Below, in pieces: positions 31,087 to 37,815 of a stretch of DNA of 40,909 bases. The position numbers were made by a program, and so were the translations under genes. Below the pieces are notes generated by a model. It saw only the letters and a program-made list of their open reading frames with translations, was not told where the DNA came from and searched no databases. Source of the DNA: Steroidobacterales bacterium. GTDB lineage: Bacteria > Pseudomonadota > Gammaproteobacteria > Steroidobacterales > Steroidobacteraceae. The stretch is from assembly GCA_044440325.1 (NCBI GenBank), contig JBIODE010000001.1, positions 1 to 40,909 of the forward strand. Reading direction: 5' to 3'. Positions within the stretch are counted from its first letter, which is position 1, and each line of letters starts with the position of its first letter.

Positions 31087-31392
31087 ATGAAGCTGCGAAT
31101 TGTGCATGGCCTGGTGTGGTCGGTCGCGACCGGCATCGGCGTTGCCGCCTGCGCGTGGATGCCGCAGCGCGAGCACCCATCGCCGCAGATCACGGCCGAT
31201 GCGAGTCCGCAGGCGCGAGCGGCGCAATGCAAGGACTTGCGCGCGGAAATCGCCTGGTACCGGAAGAATCAACGCGCCATGCCGCCGACCACAAACTCCC
31301 CTGAGATCGCGGCCGCGCAGGAAGGCAAGACCGATAACAAGATCGATGAACTGCGCCAGCGGCTCGCGGCTCTCGACTGCGACAGCGACTGA
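31087..31392 (+). CDS. Small predicted lipoprotein (101 aa, two Cys in the mature part), function unknown
   Basis: Signal peptide plus lipobox MKLRIVHGLVWSVATGIGVAAC. Third codon positions are strongly G/C, matching the coding bias of the rest of the window. The mature part looks helical and charged (CKDLRAEIAWYRKNQ...IDELRQRLAALDC). Divergent from the cpxR-like gene. Confidence 0.6.
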   Translation: MKLRIVHGLVWSVATGIGVAACAWMPQREHPSPQITADASPQARAAQCKDLRAEIAWYRKNQRAMPPTTNSPEIAAAQEGKTDNKIDELRQRLAALDCDSD

Positions 31393-31555
31393 GCAACGGC
31401 TGGCCGCGTCAACGGCTGCAGCGGTGCCTGGCGCCGCGCTGTCAACGAAGTCTGACAGCCGAACGGCCGCGCGACCGGTTGTGAGACAGCGCCAGGAGGT
31501 GCACCGTGAGCGGCAGTCACGCCGCGCCGCGCGCGATTGCATCACGGAGGTCGAT

Positions 31556-31975
31556 ATGCCGAACGTTGTCAGCAGTGAGCGAATTTTGGGCAGTCCCGTT
31601 CAAAGCGCCGGTCCGGGCCCGCATTTCATGGCGGCCGATACGCTCACCAAGGAGAAGGTCGTCAACGAGGCCGGCGAGGTGCTCGGGGAAATCAAGCACA
31701 TCATGCTCGATGTCACCAACGGGATCATTGCCTATGCGGTGCTGTCGTTCGGCGGCTTCCTGGGCCTTGGCGACAAGCTCTTCGCGGTGCCCTGGACCGC
31801 CCTGGCACTGGATGTCGAGAACAAGTGGTTCGTGCTCAATATCGACAAGAAGAAGCTCCGGGACGCGCCGGGCTTCGACAAGGACCACTGGCCGGTCATG
31901 GCAGATCCGGCGTGGGCCTCGCAGGTGCGCGCGTACTACGGACCGGTAGCAGCGTCGCGGCGACCGTTCATCTAG
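31556..31975 (+). CDS. PRC-barrel domain protein
   Basis: 139 aa from an ATG preceded by GGAGG (31547-31551). PRC-barrel signature GEVLGEIKHIMLDVTNGIIAYAVLSFGGFLGLGDKLFAVPW. The ORF-track start at 31100 runs through the lipoprotein gene in another frame and I reject it. Confidence 0.8.
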   Translation: MPNVVSSERILGSPVQSAGPGPHFMAADTLTKEKVVNEAGEVLGEIKHIMLDVTNGIIAYAVLSFGGFLGLGDKLFAVPWTALALDVENKWFVLNIDKKKLRDAPGFDKDHWPVMADPAWASQVRAYYGPVAASRRPFI

Positions 31976-31985
31976 TCTAGTCTAG
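31971..31985. repeat. (TCTAG)x3 pentamer repeat carrying both convergent stop codons
   Basis: TCTAGTCTAGTCTAG read directly from the sequence. TAG at 31973 ends the PRC-barrel gene, and CTA at 31982-31984 is the stop of the BASS gene on the minus strand. Confidence 0.9.
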
Positions 31986-32989
31986 TCGCTGCCGCGCGCG
32001 GGCGAGTCGTCGACGCGCGCGGTCGCAGCCGCAACCGCGCTCGCCCGGCGCGCGTAGCGCGCGGCGAGCGCGCTCGCCACCATGAGCTGCAGCTGATGGA
32101 ACATCATCAGCGGAAGCACGGTCATGCCGAGGGCGGGGCCGGCGAATAGCACGTTGGCGATCGGTATGCCGCTGGCGAGCGATTTCTTCGAGCCGCAGAA
32201 CACGATCGCGATTTCGTCCTCGTGCGAGAAGCGCAGCCAACGGCTGCCATACGTGGTTGCCGCGAGCACCAGACCCAGCAACACGGTCGCGACCGCGAGC
32301 AACACGAGCAGCGTTTGCCACGACAGTCGCTGCCAGATGCCCTCGACGACCGCCGCGCTGAAGGCGGTGTACACGATCAGCAGGATCGAGCCGCGGTCGC
32401 TGATCGCCAGCGGGCCGCGGTGTCGCACCGCCCAGGCGCCCAGCCACGGACGGCACAGCTGCCCGGCGAGGAACGGTAGCAGCAGCTGCGTGAGGATCTG
32501 CCAGATTTCCGCGGCCGGCACCTGCCCGCGGGTGCGTACCAAAGCGGCCACCAGAAAAGGCGTGAGCACCGTGCCCAGCAGATTGGAAATGGTCGCCGCG
32601 CAGATGGCGCCGGCTACGTTGCCGCCCGCGATCGAGGTAAAGGCGATCGAGGACTGAACGGTCGAAGGCAGCATGCAGACGAACAGCAGCCCGAGCCACG
32701 CGCTCGGCGGCAACAGCCCAGGCGCGGCGCGCGCCATTGCCAGCCCGAGCAGCGGATACAGCGCGAAGGTGCAAAGCAGAATGGCCATGTGCAGCCGCCA
32801 GTGCGCCAGACCGGCGAGCAGCGTGGCGCCCGACAGGCGCACCCCGTAGAGGAAGAACATCAGCCCGATCGCCAGCACGGTCAGCAGCTTGAAGCCCTGG
32901 ACGGCCGCGCCGCGGCATGGCCAAACCGTCGCCACCGCGACAGTTGCCAGTAACGCCAAAATGAAAGGATCGGGCAGGTAACGGCGCAT
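31982..32989 (-). CDS. Bile acid:Na+ symporter (BASS/SBF, YfeH-like) family transporter
   Basis: 335 aa from ATG 32989 (MRRYLPDPFILALLATV...), polytopic, with the typical blocks FFLYGVRLS and MLPSTVQSSIAFTSIAGGNVA. Confidence 0.8.
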   Translation of the reverse strand: MRRYLPDPFILALLATVAVATVWPCRGAAVQGFKLLTVLAIGLMFFLYGVRLSGATLLAGLAHWRLHMAILLCTFALYPLLGLAMARAAPGLLPPSAWLGLLFVCMLPSTVQSSIAFTSIAGGNVAGAICAATISNLLGTVLTPFLVAALVRTRGQVPAAEIWQILTQLLLPFLAGQLCRPWLGAWAVRHRGPLAISDRGSILLIVYTAFSAAVVEGIWQRLSWQTLLVLLAVATVLLGLVLAATTYGSRWLRFSHEDEIAIVFCGSKKSLASGIPIANVLFAGPALGMTVLPLMMFHQLQLMVASALAARYARRASAVAAATARVDDSPARGSD

Positions 32990-33035
32990 GCCGCCGCTAC
33001 AGTAGCTCAGAAAAGCTAAGCCGGCACAGCGCCCC

Positions 33036-34838
33036 TCAAGACGCCGCCTGCCGGGCGCGCGGCGCAAATTCCTTGACCCAGCTGGCGGCGGCGCCGACAT
33101 CCATCGGGCGCGCGAAATAGTAGCCTTGAATCAACGTCGCACCCAATCGCGACGCCTGCTCGAGCATCGCGGCGGTCTCGACCCCTTCGATCACCACCTC
33201 CATGCTGCGGCTGTGCGCGATCGACAGTGCCGCGGAGATGATCGCCTCGCCGCCGACGTCGAAATCGCGCACGAATGAACGATCAACCTTCAACACGTCC
33301 GCCGGCATCAGGTTCAAGCACGACAGCGAGGAGTAGCCGGTGCCGAAGTCGTCGATCGCGATCGTGATACCGCGCTCCTGGAACTGCGGCAGCAGCCAGA
33401 GCATGCGGTCGAAGTCCTGCGCGACCACCGATTCGGTCACCTCCAGCTCGAGTGCTTTGGGGTCCAGACCGCTGACACGCAGTGCCGAATTCACCTCCGC
33501 GAGAAAGGCGTCGTGCATCAGCTGCTGCACCGAGACGTTGACCGCGAGTCGCGGGCCATGCCGGCCCACCAGGTAACGCGCTTCGTGACAGGCACGCTGC
33601 AACACCCAGGAGCCCAGCTGCACCATCAATCCGGCCTCTTCGGCCAGTGGGATGAAGGTCGCCGGGGAGATCGAACCCAGCGTCGGATGATTCCAGCGCA
33701 GCAGGCATTCGAGCGCGTGAACGCGCTGCTGCGCGATGTCGACAATCGGCTGAAAGTTCAAGTGCAGCAGGTTACGTTCGATCGCCTCGGGCAGTGCCGC
33801 CAGCACGGCCTCGCGCCGCTCGAGCTGCTCGCTCCACTCGCGCCGAAAAATGCAGACCGCGCCGCCCAGGCGCTTGGCCTCGCGGGCGGCCATCTCCGCG
33901 TAGCGGATCACAACCCGCGGCCGCGTGCTGTCGCGCGGCCAGCGCGCGATCCCAATGTTCACGCCGGTACCCTTGCCGGTGCGACCGGCGCGTACCGGTT
34001 CCGTCAGCACCCGCAGCAGGCGCTGGCCGCGATTGCGCAATACGTCCTCGTCGGTATCCCCGCCTACGACGACGACCGCGAATTGCTCCGCGCCCCAACG
34101 CGCGACGCACAGGGCGTCGGTGAAATGCGTGCGCAGCTGATTTGCAAGCGCACGCAGTAGCTCATCGGATAACCCGTCGCCATGTTCTTCGAGCGCGTGC
34201 AGCCGCGCGACGTCCATGAAATAGACGGTCCAGTCCGGAGCGTCGGGCGCGGCGCGGGCCGGCGCACTCTCGAGCAGCTGTACCAGGCGGTCGCGGCCCG
34301 CAAGACCTGTGACCAGGTCCTGGCCCGCGACGCGCTCTTCGGCGAGGCGGCGGATGCCGCTGCGTTCGAGGCGCTGCGCTCGATATTGCCGTACGGCCGC
34401 CTCGACCGACTCGAGCAGCACCTGTGGCGTGCACGGCTTGGTCAGGAACTTGAACAGCTGGCCTTCGTTGACGGCGGCGATCGCAGATTCCATGCTGGCG
34501 TGGCCGGTGAGCAGAATGCGCGGAGTATCGGGTGCCACATGGCGCGCACGCCCCAGAAAAGCGGCGCCGTCCATGCCGGGCATGCGCATGTCGGAGATGA
34601 TCACGGCGATCGAACTGTCGCGGGCGAGCAGCTCGAGCGCCTCGGCGCCGCTGGTGGCGAGGCTGACTTGATAGCGGCGCCGAAGATGCAGCGCGAGACC
34701 CTCGAGGATCTGCGGCTCGTCGTCGACACAAAGCACATGCTCACGAAATTCCGCTGTCACCGCTACTCCGACATCTCCACCATGAAGCGAGGTTAGACGC
34801 AGGAAACCCACCCACCGTAGGATATTGGTCGCGGCCAC
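33036..34838 (-). CDS. Response regulator with REC, degenerate GGDEF and EAL domains (predicted c-di-GMP phosphodiesterase)
   Basis: REC domain (VLCVDDEPQIL...VIISDMRMPGMDG...LTKP). The GGDEF signature position reads RWGAEQF. EAL domain has ECLLRW, NVS, ELEVTES, DDFGTGYSSL, KVDRSF, EGVET, QGYYFARP. GTG start at 34838. Confidence 0.85.
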   Translation of the reverse strand: MAATNILRWVGFLRLTSLHGGDVGVAVTAEFREHVLCVDDEPQILEGLALHLRRRYQVSLATSGAEALELLARDSSIAVIISDMRMPGMDGAAFLGRARHVAPDTPRILLTGHASMESAIAAVNEGQLFKFLTKPCTPQVLLESVEAAVRQYRAQRLERSGIRRLAEERVAGQDLVTGLAGRDRLVQLLESAPARAAPDAPDWTVYFMDVARLHALEEHGDGLSDELLRALANQLRTHFTDALCVARWGAEQFAVVVVGGDTDEDVLRNRGQRLLRVLTEPVRAGRTGKGTGVNIGIARWPRDSTRPRVVIRYAEMAAREAKRLGGAVCIFRREWSEQLERREAVLAALPEAIERNLLHLNFQPIVDIAQQRVHALECLLRWNHPTLGSISPATFIPLAEEAGLMVQLGSWVLQRACHEARYLVGRHGPRLAVNVSVQQLMHDAFLAEVNSALRVSGLDPKALELEVTESVVAQDFDRMLWLLPQFQERGITIAIDDFGTGYSSLSCLNLMPADVLKVDRSFVRDFDVGGEAIISAALSIAHSRSMEVVIEGVETAAMLEQASRLGATLIQGYYFARPMDVGAAASWVKEFAPRARQAAS

Positions 34839-34927
34839 CGCTGTGTGCGCGCAGCGATGTCACAGTTGGCACGAAATTGTTACCGTTTCATGTCATAGAG
34901 GAAGGTTAAAGGAATCGGTATAACTTA

Positions 34928-35950
34928 TTGAACGTAAATGATTTACATGCTTTGAAAATTGCAGTACTCGGCGCCGGTTCGATCGGTGGCTGGTTGGCTG
35001 CGTCTCTGGCCCGTTCGGGCGCTGCGGTTTCTCTGGCCGCGCGTGGCAGCACCCTGGCGGCACTGCGCACGGGCGGATTGCGCGTGCGGCACGGCACGCA
35101 GGAGAGTACGTTTCGGCTGCCCGCTGCGCCGGCGAGCGAGCTCGGGCCGCAGGATGTGCTCGTGCTCGCCGTCAAGGCGCACGACCTTCCGGCAGCGCTA
35201 GGTGATCTGCGCGCATTGATTGGATCTCGTACCACGGTCGTCGCTGCGATGAATGGCTTGCCGTGGTGGTTTTTTCATAATTTCCTCGGACCGTTGGAGA
35301 ACGTCGCGCTCGAGTCGGTCGACCCCGGCGGGCGCCTGGCGGCGCTGATTGCACCCACGCAAGTGATCGGGGCCGTCGTCCATGCCAGTGCAAGCCGCCT
35401 CGAGCCGGGCCGCATTCAGGTCAAGGCCGTCGATCGGATAATCCTCGGCGCACCTTCCGGTCACGCCAGCGCGTCGCTGACCTGGTTGGTCGAGAGCCTG
35501 TCCAGGGCGGGCGTGCGCACGCGGGAAAGTCGGCACATTCGCCTGGATGTCTGGGCAAAACTGTGGGGTAACATGAATATGGGACCCTTGAGCGCCCTCA
35601 CGCGCGCCACGACCGGACGGCTGCTCGATGATCCTCAGGTTCATGCGCTGTGTCTCAAGATGATGACTGAGATGGCCGCCTGCGGCGCTCGCCTGGGACT
35701 CGATTGCGAGCTCGACCCGCTCGAGCGCATCGCGATCACACGCAAGCTCGGCGACTTTCGCACCTCGATGCTGCAGGACCTCGAGAGCGGTGCAGCGCTC
35801 GAATATGGGCCGTTGCTCGGCGCCGTGGTTGAAGTGGCACAGCGGCTGGCGCTGCCGGCGCCGTATTGCGAGGCCGTGCTCGGGTTGATTCGCCAGCTGG
35901 CGCTCTCGTTGGACGCGCAGCGGTCTGCTGCGCTAGCGCCGGCAGTGTGA
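34928..35950 (+). CDS. panE: 2-dehydropantoate 2-reductase (ketopantoate reductase, PanE/ApbA family)
   Basis: KIAVLGAGSIGGWLA Rossmann motif plus ApbA N- and C-terminal domains (VKAHD, TSMLQDLE). Start is TTG 34928 or TTG 34952 (which gives MKIAVLGAG). Confidence 0.8.
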   Translation: MNVNDLHALKIAVLGAGSIGGWLAASLARSGAAVSLAARGSTLAALRTGGLRVRHGTQESTFRLPAAPASELGPQDVLVLAVKAHDLPAALGDLRALIGSRTTVVAAMNGLPWWFFHNFLGPLENVALESVDPGGRLAALIAPTQVIGAVVHASASRLEPGRIQVKAVDRIILGAPSGHASASLTWLVESLSRAGVRTRESRHIRLDVWAKLWGNMNMGPLSALTRATTGRLLDDPQVHALCLKMMTEMAACGARLGLDCELDPLERIAITRKLGDFRTSMLQDLESGAALEYGPLLGAVVEVAQRLALPAPYCEAVLGLIRQLALSLDAQRSAALAPAV

Positions 35951-37815
35951 CCGAATCCAGATGCATCACGGCGGGCGCCGCCGCGATCGTGGGCGCGGCC
36001 GCATTCCTATGCGTCGCGACGGCCGGCTGGGCGGCCGACCCGCAGGCCTACAGAGTGAGCTTTGCCGCCACCGGCAACAGCGCGCTCGATATGGCCCTGC
36101 AAAGCAGCTCGCAGTTGGAGTCCCTGCGCAAGAGCGCGCCGGTCAGCCCGTTCGCGCTGCTCGAGCGTGCGTGCGGCGACGTCGACCGTTTGCAGGCGGT
36201 CCTCGGCAGCTACGGCTACTACCAGGGCCAGGTGCAAATCAGCATCGACGGCCGCGGCATTGGCGATCCGGGCCTGACCGATGCGATAGCAGCGCTGCCG
36301 GCAGGCGTGGAGGCCAAGGTCGCCGTGGTTACGCCGCTCGGTCCGCTGTTCCATTTGCGCGCTGTGCGCATCGAGGGCACGCTGCCGGAGGGCGCACGCG
36401 CGAGCCTGGGGTTGGCGCCCGGCGCACCGGCGGTCGCCGCCGAGGTGCTCGAGGCCCGCACGCGCCTGCTCACGGCGCTGCAAGAGCAGGGTTACGCCTT
36501 CGCGCAGGTCGATGCGCCGATCGCCTATGAAGACCCGGCGCAGGCAGTACTCGACGTGAGCTTCAAGATCCAGGCGGGGATGGCGGTGCGGATCGGCGCG
36601 ATCCGCTTCACCGGTTTGCGCAGTGTCAATGAACGCGCGGCGCGCAATCGGCTCGCGCTGCAGGTCGGCGAGCCGTATCGCGCGAGCAGGATCGAGGCGG
36701 CGCGCCAGGATCTGCTGGCGATGGGCGTGTTCGCGGCGGTCAGCGTGCAACTACCCGATAAAGCCGATGGCACCGGTGTGGTACCGATCACGTTCGAAGT
36801 GCAGGAGCGGCGGCGGCACGCCGTGAGCTTTACCGCGGCGTATTCCAGCGATCTGGGCGGCAGCCTCGGCACCGTCTGGTCGGACCGCAACCTGCGCGGC
36901 AATGCCGAGCAGCTCAATCTCTCCGGCACCGCAATCAATCTCGGCGGCCGCGCCACCCGGGATCTCGGCTACGATCTCGGAGCGCAATATGTGCGTCCGG
37001 GCTTTCGCCAGCGCGATCAATCGCTGCAACTCAACGTTACGGCAATCAAGCAGGATCTGCAGGCCTACAATCAGACTGCCGCGACCACGACCGCGCTCGT
37101 GACTCGCCGGATCACCCCGCTGTGGAGCGCGAGCATCGGGGGCTCGTCCGAGCACGAGCGCATCGTCCAGGAAGGGGTCACGCACGACTACACGCTCTTC
37201 GCGCTACCGTTGGTGGGTCGATACGACAGCACGGGGCTGACCAATCCACTGCTCGATGCAACGCGCGGCGCGCGGTTTACGGCCAATATCACCCCCACCG
37301 AGTCATTGGGCCATCCGCGCGCGACCTTTCTCGTGCTGCAGGCCAGCGCCTCGACCTACTTCGATCTGGCGCAGTGGGGATGGAACACCATGGGGCGCAG
37401 CGTTGTGGCGTGGCGCGCGTTGGTCGGCAGCGCACATGGCGCGGGGCAGTTCAGTCTGCCGCCGGATCAACGCTTTTATGGCGGCAGCAGCGCGACCGTG
37501 CGCGGCTACCGCTATCAGTCCATTGGACCACAATTTACCGATGGCACGCCGATCGGCGGTACCGCCATCGATGCCGCCACGATGGAGTTGCGCCAGCGCC
37601 TGTGGCAACACCTCGGCGCGGCGGTGTTCGTCGATGTCGGCCAGGTCACCGCGACGACGCAGCCGTTTCAAGGCACGCTCAGCGTCGGCGCCGGCGCCGG
37701 CGTGCGTTACTACACGCCGATCGGTCCGATCCGCCTCGACGTCGCTTTGCCCACGCGGCGGCCGCTCGGCGGCGACGCCTTTGAGGTGTACATCGGTCTC
37801 GGGCAGGCATTCTGA
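35947..37815 (+). CDS. tamA: Autotransporter assembly / translocation-and-assembly module outer-membrane protein TamA (Omp85 family)
   Basis: Signal peptide ending AGWA|ADP, POTRA-like repeats, and a C-terminal Omp85 barrel ending FEVYIGLGQAF. Followed by tamB. The in-frame GTG at 35947 overlaps the panE stop (GTGA); the ORF-track start at 35866 lies inside panE. Confidence 0.85.
   Translation: MTESRCITAGAAAIVGAAAFLCVATAGWAADPQAYRVSFAATGNSALDMALQSSSQLESLRKSAPVSPFALLERACGDVDRLQAVLGSYGYYQGQVQISIDGRGIGDPGLTDAIAALPAGVEAKVAVVTPLGPLFHLRAVRIEGTLPEGARASLGLAPGAPAVAAEVLEARTRLLTALQEQGYAFAQVDAPIAYEDPAQAVLDVSFKIQAGMAVRIGAIRFTGLRSVNERAARNRLALQVGEPYRASRIEAARQDLLAMGVFAAVSVQLPDKADGTGVVPITFEVQERRRHAVSFTAAYSSDLGGSLGTVWSDRNLRGNAEQLNLSGTAINLGGRATRDLGYDLGAQYVRPGFRQRDQSLQLNVTAIKQDLQAYNQTAATTTALVTRRITPLWSASIGGSSEHERIVQEGVTHDYTLFALPLVGRYDSTGLTNPLLDATRGARFTANITPTESLGHPRATFLVLQASASTYFDLAQWGWNTMGRSVVAWRALVGSAHGAGQFSLPPDQRFYGGSSATVRGYRYQSIGPQFTDGTPIGGTAIDAATMELRQRLWQHLGAAVFVDVGQVTATTQPFQGTLSVGAGAGVRYYTPIGPIRLDVALPTRRPLGGDAFEVYIGLGQAF

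Noticed and set aside
31100-31555. Upstream part of the 291-aa ORF that ends as the PRC-barrel protein.
   Set aside because: It overlaps the lipoprotein gene in another frame and is Arg-rich nonsense. The PRC-barrel domain begins at ATG 31556, directly after a GGAGG Shine-Dalgarno.
35866-35946. ORF-track start of tamA lying inside panE.
   Set aside because: It would add 27 residues ahead of the signal peptide and overlap panE by 85 nt. The GTG at 35947 gives a normal signal peptide and a GTGA junction.
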